Shown: positions 17,246-26,276, numbered from the stretch's first letter. The stretch is 64,000 nt of DNA from Candidatus Woesearchaeota archaeon (GCA_964396475.1 CAYNFE010000001.1:1205-65204), one strand, 5' to 3'. Made by a program: numbers and translations. The notes: generated from the letters alone by a model not told the origin.

Positions 17246-18579
17246 CACAAAAATCAAGTTCTAATTCTTCTAATTTACCTAAAGCTGCCATATATGTAAG
17301 AGTCAGTACAGCAGAACAAGCAAAAGAAGGCTTCTCTTTAGCTGCTCAAGAAGACACACTTAAAAATTATGCTAAAACTCTTGGCTATAACCTTTACAAA
17401 ATCTATAAAGATGAGGGTAAATCAGCCAAGGACATAAAACATAGGCCAGCCCTTAAACAACTTCTAGAAGATGCAGAAAATAAAAAGTTTCAAGCAATAT
17501 TTGTTTACAAGCTTGACAGATTCAGCAGAAGTCTCAAAGATCTTATACTAACAATAGAAAAACTAAAAGAGCAAGAAATAGACTTTATCTCCTTACAAGA
17601 TAAAATAGAAACAGCAAGTGCATCAGGAAAACTAATGTTTCATATCATAAGCGCATTTGCAGAATTTGAACGAGATATAATAAGTGAGAGAACAAAGTTT
17701 GGAATGACAGAGAAAGCAAAAGAAGGAGGAATAGTATCAAAAGCTCCTTTAGGCTATGAAATACAAAACAATAAGCTAGAGCCAGACAATAACAAAGAAA
17801 AGGTCAAGGAAATCTTCAACACTTTCATAAACAAAGATATAAGTCTGACAAAACTAGCTAAACAATATAATTTGACAACAAGAGGTCTGACAAAACTGCT
17901 AAAAAACACAACTTATTTAGGAAAAATCAAGTTCAAAGGCTCTTATCAAGGAAATCATGAACCAATAATAACTCAAGAAATATTCAATAAAACTCAGGAA
18001 AAACTAAAACAAATTTCATTACAAAGAAAGCTCATAAAAAACTTCAATCTTCTCAACAAAGTTCTAGTTCAAGGAGATTCTAGATATTATGATCCTTATT
18101 TTATGAAAATTATTGCTTACTTTATAGCTAAGAAAGCAATAATAATAGAACAAAAACCAATAAAAGACATAAAAGAGCCAAAAGATAAAGAACTAGATAT
18201 CAAAAATCTCAGAGAACCTCAAAAATTAGCAAAATTCATCGCTTACAAACTATTAAAAGATCAAGAATATGAAGATAAAGATATATTTTTCGAAAGAACT
18301 TATAATGATGAAAGACCTGATGTTTCAGCAAAAGAAATATTCATAGAGTGTTTTTCATGCAGAGTTAATAAAGTAATTTCTTACCTAAACCAAGACAAAG
18401 AGCTATGGATCCTTACATCAGGCTCTTATCCATGGGAAAAAGAACCACTAGCAGAACCAATAAAACATTATATTCTTAAACAAGGCCCTGAATGGAATTC
18501 CCTATATCAAGAATACAAAGATAAATTAAATAAAGCACTAAAAGAATCAATAAACAACTCAGATCTTCTCAAATTCTAG
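17221..18579 (+). CDS. Serine recombinase (catalytic + recombinase domain) fused to a C-terminal PD-(D/E)XK-like domain
   Basis: YVRVST, YKLDRFSR, FAEFER, APLGY, HEPII; C-terminal FFERTYNDERPDVSAKEIFIEC. Confidence 0.85.
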   Translation: MKKTDTLSTQKSSSNSSNLPKAAIYVRVSTAEQAKEGFSLAAQEDTLKNYAKTLGYNLYKIYKDEGKSAKDIKHRPALKQLLEDAENKKFQAIFVYKLDRFSRSLKDLILTIEKLKEQEIDFISLQDKIETASASGKLMFHIISAFAEFERDIISERTKFGMTEKAKEGGIVSKAPLGYEIQNNKLEPDNNKEKVKEIFNTFINKDISLTKLAKQYNLTTRGLTKLLKNTTYLGKIKFKGSYQGNHEPIITQEIFNKTQEKLKQISLQRKLIKNFNLLNKVLVQGDSRYYDPYFMKIIAYFIAKKAIIIEQKPIKDIKEPKDKELDIKNLREPQKLAKFIAYKLLKDQEYEDKDIFFERTYNDERPDVSAKEIFIECFSCRVNKVISYLNQDKELWILTSGSYPWEKEPLAEPIKHYILKQGPEWNSLYQEYKDKLNKALKESINNSDLLKF

Positions 18580-18674
18580 CAAGATGTATTAAACGAATTA
18601 GAACATCTATGATATTTTGCAATAATTCTTAAAAACTTTGACAAATTCAGACACATAAAGGCCAAGAGGAAAGA

Positions 18675-19565
18675 ATGCATGACTTCAAAATGTTTACATA
18701 TGAAGATATTCCATGCTGGTATGAGATTTCTTTTGATAATAAAAATAAGAAATTACTATTTGGAATCCATAATGATTATCTAAAACATATCAAAGTGAGA
18801 GAAGATCATTTTTTGATTAAAGGGATTATTGAAAAGCAGAAGTTTGAAAGTTTTGCATCTGATCTTAACCAGGATTTTGGATTTGAAGCTTGTATGAAAA
18901 ATGAAGGTGAAAAAGACAATTTAAGAGTATTTTCAATAGAAATCCCACAAATCAAATACATAACAGATAAAAATTGTGATTGGTGCAAGGGTTCTGGAAA
19001 AGATGAATTTAGGGAGGATGAATGTTTATCATGCAGGGGAACAGGCAAGGAAATAGAGTATAGATGGAAAGAGATAACAAAAACAGCATGCACACTTGAT
19101 ATTTTAACTAGATGCCTGCATGGAGGTATAGAAATTAACAAATTAACTTCATCTAAGAAAAATCAATTATTATCATTATCAACCATATATCGTGAAGGAC
19201 CACACGGAGGATCATTAGATGGAGAAATCAGCCCTTGTTTCGCAAGCTGGATTGAAACTCTAGGAAATGAATACAGATTTGAACAAACAATCAATAACAT
19301 GAAATACGCTGAAAATAAAATGTTTGGACTAGATAAAGAAGGATTTAGAATGCACGAATTTGATGCTTTTGTCAGAGGGAAAAATAGATTATGTATTGGT
19401 GTTCCAGGAGACAGAACAAGCATCCATCCATCAGGTTGGTATTATGAAAAAGACAGAGGATATGAATTTTCCTGCCATAATGTTGATAATCCTGCCCAAC
19501 AACTAGAACTTATCATAGGATTAGCAAGCATCTGTGATAAGTACAGAGAAGAGAATAAAAGTTAG
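18675..19565 (+). CDS. Hypothetical protein with DnaJ-type zinc finger
   Basis: CDWCKGSG and CLSCRGTG (two CxxCxGxG) embedded mid-protein. Confidence 0.7.
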   Translation: MHDFKMFTYEDIPCWYEISFDNKNKKLLFGIHNDYLKHIKVREDHFLIKGIIEKQKFESFASDLNQDFGFEACMKNEGEKDNLRVFSIEIPQIKYITDKNCDWCKGSGKDEFREDECLSCRGTGKEIEYRWKEITKTACTLDILTRCLHGGIEINKLTSSKKNQLLSLSTIYREGPHGGSLDGEISPCFASWIETLGNEYRFEQTINNMKYAENKMFGLDKEGFRMHEFDAFVRGKNRLCIGVPGDRTSIHPSGWYYEKDRGYEFSCHNVDNPAQQLELIIGLASICDKYREENKS

Positions 19566-19586
19566 GGTGAGGGTTTTTTTAATTTA

Positions 19587-20216
19587 CTAAAAAAATAATC
19601 CAACATTATAACATTTATCTTCTTTACAAGCAACACCAATTCCAACTTTCTCAGGCCATTTGCATACTTCAGATTTATACCATTCTTGATAAAAAAACCA
19701 ATCCATAGTTTCATCTGTAAGCCAAAAATCTATAACTTCTGCTGCTATATCTTCTTCAAAATCAGATTCATTTATTAATTCAATTGAGGAAGAAGCATCC
19801 ACAACAAATAATTGCCAACCCATGCAGGCCCTCATCACAACCATATTTTTCTTTCTTATAATTGATCTTATCTCAGGTGTTTCTAAAAATTCATCTCTTA
19901 TTAACATCTCTTCAGCAATTTCTCTTGCCACTAAAGAATAATTTTCATCTAATAATAGGAGAGTTAATCCTTCTTTTGCTCTTGCTTCATTTATTTCTAA
20001 AAATATTAATTGTTCTATTTTTGTAATACTTAAGGGCCCCTCTCTTATTTTTTCTTTTTCTTCAGACTCCTCTATTTGTTCTTGCTCTTTTTCATATTTT
20101 GGTGATTGTAAAAAGATAAAGAATAAAATAATCAAAAATATTAATATAATAAAAGCAATAACTATAACTTTTTGATTATTTTTTAACCTCTTTTTCTTCA
20201 TCTTCCTAAAACACAC
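19587..20216 (-). CDS. Membrane-anchored CAP/SCP-like domain protein
   Basis: N-terminal TM; INEARAKEGL...VGIGVAC. Confidence 0.6.
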   Translation of the reverse strand: MCFRKMKKKRLKNNQKVIVIAFIILIFLIILFFIFLQSPKYEKEQEQIEESEEKEKIREGPLSITKIEQLIFLEINEARAKEGLTLLLLDENYSLVAREIAEEMLIRDEFLETPEIRSIIRKKNMVVMRACMGWQLFVVDASSSIELINESDFEEDIAAEVIDFWLTDETMDWFFYQEWYKSEVCKWPEKVGIGVACKEDKCYNVGLFF

Positions 20217-20233
20217 AAAAAATATTTAGATCT

Positions 20234-20551
20234 TTATTTTTTCTTCCTTAACATATCAATTCTCCAAGAAAGGATAAATAATATAATAAAAGTTACTATA
20301 AAAAATTCATATAAACTACGTTTAATTTTATATTCCTTATAAAAACAATAATCAATAAAAGCTAGGTGTTCAGCTGTATCTATTATTGACTCTTCGCTAG
20401 TATCACTTTTTAATCTTTGTACTTCTTTTTCTGCTTCTTCATATTCATCCCATTTTTCAGACATTTCAATATTATTTTGCCAAGCTAACAAGAATATTAG
20501 GCAAGTTAAAATTATTAAAATTATAGTCCAAGCACTTATTTTTAATTTCAT
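20234..20551 (-). CDS. Two-TM hypothetical protein
   Basis: Hydrophobic termini around an acidic coiled-coil. Confidence 0.6.
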   Translation of the reverse strand: MKLKISAWTIILIILTCLIFLLAWQNNIEMSEKWDEYEEAEKEVQRLKSDTSEESIIDTAEHLAFIDYCFYKEYKIKRSLYEFFIVTFIILFILSWRIDMLRKKK

Positions 20552-20598
20552 ATTTTTCTAAAGTCACAAGAAATATTTAAGCTTTGTGGCAAATAAAA

Positions 20599-21183
20599 TT
20601 AATAATGATAATAATATTCAATCTTTAATTCATTTGCTACCTTTTTAATAATTTCATTAGGAGATTCAATTATTAGCCCTCCCCATCTTTTATAATATTT
20701 ATTAATTTCCTTGATAAAAAGTTTAGCATAACCTTTATTTCTATTATTTTTTGGGAAAATCAATATAGCGGGTAGAACAAAACGATTGAATTTGGAATGG
20801 ATTCTTACAAAAGCAATACCTATCAATAAAATATTAAAATTAGGATTAAAGTATTGTAAAATCCAGTAATCATATTTTTCATTATAAGGAAAGCTCTTGA
20901 TTTCTCTTGTTTCTAATTCAACAAATTTATTAAATTTTTTTAGAAATGTTTTGAATATCTGGTCATTATAGATTTTAGAAATTATAATTTTTTCATTTTC
21001 AAAAAATTTTCTTCCCTCTAATTTAAAAGCACATTTACCAAAATGTTTACTTAGTTTTCGTTCATCATAAAAAACAAAGCAATTTGGGCAGAAAATTTTA
21101 ATTTTATATTGAATTTTAAAAGCATAATTTTTTAATAAATCAGAGGTATCTTCTCTAAATTCTAAAGATTTTTGCATTTCCAT
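20599..21183 (-). CDS. GNAT-like acetyltransferase with N-terminal Cys/His zinc-finger motif
   Basis: CPNC...H...C; acetyl-CoA loop RNKGYAKLFI. Confidence 0.55.
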   Translation of the reverse strand: MEMQKSLEFREDTSDLLKNYAFKIQYKIKIFCPNCFVFYDERKLSKHFGKCAFKLEGRKFFENEKIIISKIYNDQIFKTFLKKFNKFVELETREIKSFPYNEKYDYWILQYFNPNFNILLIGIAFVRIHSKFNRFVLPAILIFPKNNRNKGYAKLFIKEINKYYKRWGGLIIESPNEIIKKVANELKIEYYYHY

Positions 21184-21184
21184 T

Positions 21185-21610
21185 TTATTTTCCTTCTAAA
21201 GCTTCATTTACTAATTTATCTGTGTATTGAATAAAAAGATTTGTTCTCCTGACATGGTTATATATAACTTTTTCAAAAGCACCTTCTTTGTCCTTTAGGA
21301 TATAAAACAATCTTCTTAATTCCTCATTCTTTATTCTATATCTACCTGAAAGTTGTCTAACAACTAATTCACTATCAAGGAAACATCTTATTTCTTTTCT
21401 ACAATGTGCTGTAGCTAATTCAAGAGCTTTTATTAATGCCATATATTCTGCCCTATTGCTTGTAGTTTCCCCAATACATTCTTTGTATTCTTCAATTTTA
21501 TTTTTATTTTCATCAAAGAATATGACACCTATTGCCCCTGGACCTGGGTTGCCCCTACATCCTCCGTCTGTATAAACATATAATTTTAATATTTTTTTAT
21601 ATTTTTTCAT
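21185..21610 (-). CDS. rnhA: Ribonuclease HI
   Basis: YTDGGCRGNPGPGAIG, NRAEY, DSELVVRQL, D-x-L-x-N-x-A C-terminus. Confidence 0.92.
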   Translation of the reverse strand: MKKYKKILKLYVYTDGGCRGNPGPGAIGVIFFDENKNKIEEYKECIGETTSNRAEYMALIKALELATAHCRKEIRCFLDSELVVRQLSGRYRIKNEELRRLFYILKDKEGAFEKVIYNHVRRTNLFIQYTDKLVNEALEGK

Positions 21611-21665
21611 TTTTCCCTTAGCCTTTATTATAATCTCAACCAGAATTTTTAAAGATTATTGTTAT

Positions 21666-22025
21666 TTATTTTTGCCCAGCTTCTGCTCTTCTATAAGTTA
21701 AAGGCATGGCATATTTTTGTTCAACTTTTGCTTTTTCTATCTTTGCCTTTTCTTCTTCTTGATCTAATGCTGATGGTTTCTTAACATAAACTTTTAATTT
21801 TTGTGAATTTGTATCCTCAAGTTTTCCACCAGCATTAAATATATGAATTTTAATCCCCCCACCAGCTTCTTTTGTTTCAATAGCGCTTAGTTCCATTTCC
21901 GCATGGGCTTCATCTCTTTTACAAAAAACAAAACCCCGTTCTTCTATTCCTTTGTTAACTTGTTCTAAAAAAGAGCTTACGAAATCTTTAACAGGGCTAC
22001 CAATATTTAATATCTCATTTGCCAT
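21666..22025 (-). CDS. Trypco2-like domain protein (start revised to 22025)
   Basis: FVSSFLEQVNKGI...EMELSAI...GGGIKIHIFNAGG...QKLKVYV resembles trypsin-co-occurring domain 2. Confidence 0.5.
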   Translation of the reverse strand: MANEILNIGSPVKDFVSSFLEQVNKGIEERGFVFCKRDEAHAEMELSAIETKEAGGGIKIHIFNAGGKLEDTNSQKLKVYVKKPSALDQEEEKAKIEKAKVEQKYAMPLTYRRAEAGQK

Positions 22026-22029
22026 TTTT

Positions 22030-22185
22030 TCAACAAACCCCCAATACACCAATCAAAAATAGTAACGCTATAATTAAATAAAGCCATTTATTTGCCAAGA
22101 ATAATGCTCTAATTTGTGGTATGGCCAACATCCCAATTATAACAAAAAATCCCACAATTGCGCTTATTTGCGAGACACATATCAT
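22030..22185 (-). CDS. 51-aa two-TM protein (below ORF-track cutoff)
   Basis: MICVSQISAIVGFFVIIGMLAIPQIRALFLANKWLYLIIALLFLIGVLGVC; GGTGA RBS; 1-nt and 4-nt gaps to neighbours. Confidence 0.7.
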   Translation of the reverse strand: MICVSQISAIVGFFVIIGMLAIPQIRALFLANKWLYLIIALLFLIGVLGVC

Positions 22186-22186
22186 T

Positions 22187-22444
22187 TTATCTCACCCTTC
22201 TCCTTCTGTAAATTACCTCGCCAACGATTCTACCATAAGATCTTCCTTTTGGTCTTATTGTTACTGTTTTTCCTTCCAGCTTTTTAAGTTTGTTTTTAGC
22301 TTCCAAGTAACCAGATTGCCTTCTTTCCGGCGCATTAATGTTAGGCAATCTCACATATCGCGATCCATGAAGGCTTCGACTAAGTTGAAGAGTATCTCCG
22401 TCTACAACTGTCTGAATTTTTCTTCTATATGATTTTTTTTGCAT
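22187..22444 (-). CDS. Minimal SNase/thermonuclease-like nuclease, no signal peptide (start revised to 22444)
   Basis: VVDGDTL, VRLPNINAPE, SYGRIVGEV. Confidence 0.8.
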   Translation of the reverse strand: MQKKSYRRKIQTVVDGDTLQLSRSLHGSRYVRLPNINAPERRQSGYLEAKNKLKKLEGKTVTIRPKGRSYGRIVGEVIYRRRRVR

Positions 22445-22573
22445 TTTTATCACACTCTTTTGTAAAAAAAGAGATGTAAAATCTAATGCTATCAACTATA
22501 TAAATCTTTTGGGATTCCATTTTAAAATTGTAATTTCCGAGTAATTAGTAATATTTAAAAACTTAGTTTTATT

Positions 22574-23227
22574 ATGATTACTATGATAAAAGAGGTAAAA
22601 GGAAAACGAGTTATTATTTCAACTTTTTACGAGGGATATGCTATAAAGGCAGCAATAACAAAGTTATCACCTAATAAAATTATATTGTTGATAGATGAAC
22701 CAGTAGAAACTAAAAAAAAAGAGAATATGTATCAAAGACTAAAATCACTTAAAGATTTTTACAAAGGAACAAATACAAATATTTTAGATATTGAAACAAC
22801 GAAAATTGTATCTTATGATATTCCAAAAATAATAAAGGAAGTCTTAAAAAAAATAGATGAAGAATCAAAGCAAGGAAGCGAAGTAATTATCCATATAACA
22901 GAAGGAAGAAAAATAACCTCTCTCGCACTTTTATTTTCAGCATATATGAAAAAAGATAAAGTGATAGAAGCTTACTATATCACAGAAGAAAAACATGATC
23001 TTATTAAATTACCTTTACTAAATTTTCAGATTAATGAAACAAAAAAGGAACTATTAAAAGAAATAGCAAAAAACCATTTTAATTTTAAAAAACTAATGAA
23101 AAAAGCAGGTATAAAACAAAGTGCTTTGTATCAAAATATTAAGGAGCTTAAACAAGAAGGTTATATTCAAAACGGAAAAAATAAAAAATTAGAGCTTACT
23201 GAGCTCGGGAGGATTATAAATTCATGA
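22574..23227 (+). CDS. CARF + wHTH transcriptional regulator (Csa3-like)
   Basis: Rossmann-like N-terminus with IIHITEGRKITSLAL; C-terminal HTH QSALYQNIKELKQEGYI. Confidence 0.8.
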   Translation: MITMIKEVKGKRVIISTFYEGYAIKAAITKLSPNKIILLIDEPVETKKKENMYQRLKSLKDFYKGTNTNILDIETTKIVSYDIPKIIKEVLKKIDEESKQGSEVIIHITEGRKITSLALLFSAYMKKDKVIEAYYITEEKHDLIKLPLLNFQINETKKELLKEIAKNHFNFKKLMKKAGIKQSALYQNIKELKQEGYIQNGKNKKLELTELGRIINS

Positions 23228-24276
23228 AAAAAGTAGGCAAATTTAAAAATAAAATCTTCTATGAAGATGCTAGAACTATGAAAAATATTAAAGACAATTC
23301 TGTTGATTTAATGATTACTTCTCCACCCTATCCTATGATAAAAATGTGGGATGAAATGTTTGGAAAACAAAATCCAGAAATAACTAAGTCGTTAAAAGAG
23401 GAAGATGGAGAAAAAGTATTTGAATTAATGCATAAAGAGTTAGATAAGGTTTGGAAAGAAGTGCATAGGGTTTTGAAAGTTGGGGGAATTGCTTGTATAA
23501 ATATAGGAGATGCTACTAGAAGCTTAAATGGAAAATTCCAGATTTATACTAATCATTCAAGGATACTCAATTATTGCTTGAGCTTAGATTTTCACGCTTT
23601 GCCTTCTATTCTATGGATTAAAGAAACAAATAAACCAGATAAGTTTATGGGTTCTGGGATGTTGCCTGTTGGTGCTTATGTGACCTTAGAACATGAACAT
23701 ATTTTAATTTTAAGAAAAGGAAATAAAAGAAGGGAATTTAAGAAATCTGAGGAAAGATTAAATAGACAAAAAAGTGCTTTTTTTTGGGAAGAAAGAAATA
23801 AATGGTTTTCTGATAAATGGAAAGATGTTAATGGAGTTTTACAGAAACTTAATGATACAGAACTTAGAAAAAGAAGTGGGGCATATCCATTTGAATTAGT
23901 TTATAGATTGATTGCTATGTTCTCTGTTCAAGGAGATATTGTTTTAGACCCCTTTTTAGGAACAGGAACAACAACTCTTGGAGCTATTGCCCTCGCAAGG
24001 AATAGCATAGGAATAGAAATAGATAAAAATTTTAGTAAGATTATAGGGAAAAGAATTAAGGGCATGCTCAATATTGTTAATAGATATAATAAAAATAGAT
24101 TAGAGAAACATAAGGAATTTATTAAACAAAGAGAACAAGAAAAAGGAAAATCAAAATATTTTAATAAAAACTATAAATTTCCTGTTGTAACAAGACAAGA
24201 AATTAATCTATTAATTCCAAAATTAAAAGACATAAAAAAGATTAAAGAAAATATTTTTGAAACAGAATATATTTAA
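23224..24276 (+). CDS. Beta-class DNA methyltransferase, probably N4-cytosine
   Basis: Catalytic TSPPY precedes SAM-binding DPFLGTGTT. Confidence 0.92.
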   Translation: MKKVGKFKNKIFYEDARTMKNIKDNSVDLMITSPPYPMIKMWDEMFGKQNPEITKSLKEEDGEKVFELMHKELDKVWKEVHRVLKVGGIACINIGDATRSLNGKFQIYTNHSRILNYCLSLDFHALPSILWIKETNKPDKFMGSGMLPVGAYVTLEHEHILILRKGNKRREFKKSEERLNRQKSAFFWEERNKWFSDKWKDVNGVLQKLNDTELRKRSGAYPFELVYRLIAMFSVQGDIVLDPFLGTGTTTLGAIALARNSIGIEIDKNFSKIIGKRIKGMLNIVNRYNKNRLEKHKEFIKQREQEKGKSKYFNKNYKFPVVTRQEINLLIPKLKDIKKIKENIFETEYI

Positions 24277-24905
24277 GAAAGTCTTTTTATCTCTTGTTTT
24301 ATTTCATCTATTACTTCTTTATTAGCGATTATTTTCTTTTTTGTATTCTTATCTTTTACTGAAAATATATAAAAAACATTTCCACCATATTTTTTCTTGA
24401 ATTTTTTGTGTGTAACCTTTTGTTGTGTCCTTTCGTTTATTATTTGTGGCATATATTCATAACCTATTGGTTTAATTTGAAGTCCGATATACTTGTCTTT
24501 AATCTTAATAAAAAAATCTACATTGTAACCTCTATCCCATTCGTCTGGAGCAGGCTCTATTTTAACTTTAAGAATATCTTGAAGTTGTCCATATATTGTT
24601 TCTTTCTCAGAAACATAACCATCATAAGTTCTGTTTATAACAAGATTAATAACAAAATCTGTACAATCTTGTTCTGTAATCTCATCAATTTCAGCTCGAA
24701 TAACTTCACTTATTTTTATATATAATTTTTTTCCTAATTCTATAAGATGTGTTTTAGGTTTGACATTTTTGTAATAATAATTCTCCCAATCTTTTAACTT
24801 CTTAGGAGAGCATTTTCTTATTTCTTCAGCAACAGCTCCAACCTGTGTTTTCTTATTTAAACCCCAACGCATATTTGCACTATTCAAAACCCATTCTTTT
24901 GGCAT
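24273..24905 (-). CDS. Type II restriction endonuclease, MjaI family
   Basis: RWGLNKKTQVGAV...WENYY, WDRGYNVDF...GLQIKP; convergent with the MTase. Confidence 0.8.
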   Translation of the reverse strand: MPKEWVLNSANMRWGLNKKTQVGAVAEEIRKCSPKKLKDWENYYYKNVKPKTHLIELGKKLYIKISEVIRAEIDEITEQDCTDFVINLVINRTYDGYVSEKETIYGQLQDILKVKIEPAPDEWDRGYNVDFFIKIKDKYIGLQIKPIGYEYMPQIINERTQQKVTHKKFKKKYGGNVFYIFSVKDKNTKKKIIANKEVIDEIKQEIKRLS

Positions 24906-24965
24906 AGAAATATCAAGAAATCCTGCCTTTTAACCCCTCCTACTAACCTTTAACGTACCAGAGAA

Positions 24966-25649
24966 CTATATCTTCAACCCCGCCAATTCATTTATATCAT
25001 CAATCTCAAAATCCGCTCCGCTTTTTCCTCTTCTTACTGGCTTCATTTTTCCGTATTTTGCCCCATATCTTGCATAACATGTTCTGATACCAAGAGATTT
25101 TGCTGATTTTATGTCTCTTTCTATCCTATCTCCCACCATTAATGCCTCTTCTGGCTTGATCTTTAGCTGTCTTAGAGCAGCTCTGAAAGGTGCCTTATAT
25201 GTTTTCTTTCTTCTTACATCTGCTGAAGTTATCACAACATCAAAAAAAGCATCTATGTTCATTGCAACAAGCCTTAACCAAGCCCTTATCCTAGGAGCAT
25301 CGCTTATTATAGCTAGCTTATATCTCTTGCTTAATTTAATAAGAGTAGGAATGACATGAGGATAAGGTGAAAGATAACTTTCCTTTAAATTTCTATAAGC
25401 AACAATTCCATGAGCAGCAAGCTTATAGTCTATTTTTCCTGTAGCTTTCTTTAGGAACTTTTGGAAAATGTGTTTATGTTCAATTCCATATATATCATAG
25501 AGATCATGCAGTATTTTCAGGGCCTTTTTCTTCTTCATCTTTAGGCCAGCTCCAATCATCGCATCTATAGCAGCCTTACAGCAATGATTTTTCATGCTCA
25601 TAAAATCTATCAATGTATTGTCTAGATCAAAAAGAATAGCTTTTATCAT
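24966..25649 (-). CDS. HAD-superfamily hydrolase (subfamily IA)
   Basis: FDLDNTL, ISD, MVGDRIERDI. Confidence 0.9.
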   Translation of the reverse strand: MIKAILFDLDNTLIDFMSMKNHCCKAAIDAMIGAGLKMKKKKALKILHDLYDIYGIEHKHIFQKFLKKATGKIDYKLAAHGIVAYRNLKESYLSPYPHVIPTLIKLSKRYKLAIISDAPRIRAWLRLVAMNIDAFFDVVITSADVRRKKTYKAPFRAALRQLKIKPEEALMVGDRIERDIKSAKSLGIRTCYARYGAKYGKMKPVRRGKSGADFEIDDINELAGLKI

Positions 25650-25683
25650 TTTCCTCTTTTGTGAGTTAAAGAGTTAATGACTT

Positions 25684-25974
25684 TTAATTTTTACTATCTG
25701 ACAACACATTCTCAAGTTCTTTTTGTGTATCAAACTCTTCTCCATTTTCAATTCTATCTGCTATCTTTCTTACTAAGCCTTCTTCACTAATTCTATCCAC
25801 AACTTCTCCAGGGACATTAAATGCTTCAGCAACTATTTTTGTGTTTTTTGCATTTTTCTTAAAATCTTCATAGAATTTACTGTCTGCACCATAAAAAGGA
25901 TAACATCCCATCCCAAAATCTATAATTGCAATATACCAATCTGTCATTTTCTTTTTCCTTAACCTCTTGAGCAT
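25684..25974 (-). CDS. Hypothetical protein
   Basis: 96-aa ORF in operon orientation. Confidence 0.55.
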   Translation of the reverse strand: MLKRLRKKKMTDWYIAIIDFGMGCYPFYGADSKFYEDFKKNAKNTKIVAEAFNVPGEVVDRISEEGLVRKIADRIENGEEFDTQKELENVLSDSKN

Positions 25975-26045
25975 AAAAGAAACCCTTATTTTTAACCTTT
26001 TCTCTTATCATAGTCAGAAACATTTAAAAGATAACAATTCCTGAT

Positions 26046-26276
26046 TTGGGGATGGTTGAAGGAACTGTAAAGTTTTTCAATAGAACTAGAAACTACGGTT
26101 TTATCAATGGAGATGATGGAAAATCTTACTTTGTCCATGGAGACGGATTAAAGGAAGGTGTTGAGATTGATGAAGGCGATAGAGTTTCTTTTAAGGCTGT
26201 TGAGGGAGATAAAGGCCTTAAAGCAGAAGAAGTTGAAAAACTAGAAGGTAAAAAGGAAGAGAAGAAAGAAGAATAA
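26046..26276 (+). CDS. cspA: Cold-shock domain protein
   Basis: GTVKFFN, RNP1 YGFI, RNP2 YFVH, KGLKAEEV. Confidence 0.93.
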   Translation: MGMVEGTVKFFNRTRNYGFINGDDGKSYFVHGDGLKEGVEIDEGDRVSFKAVEGDKGLKAEEVEKLEGKKEEKKEE

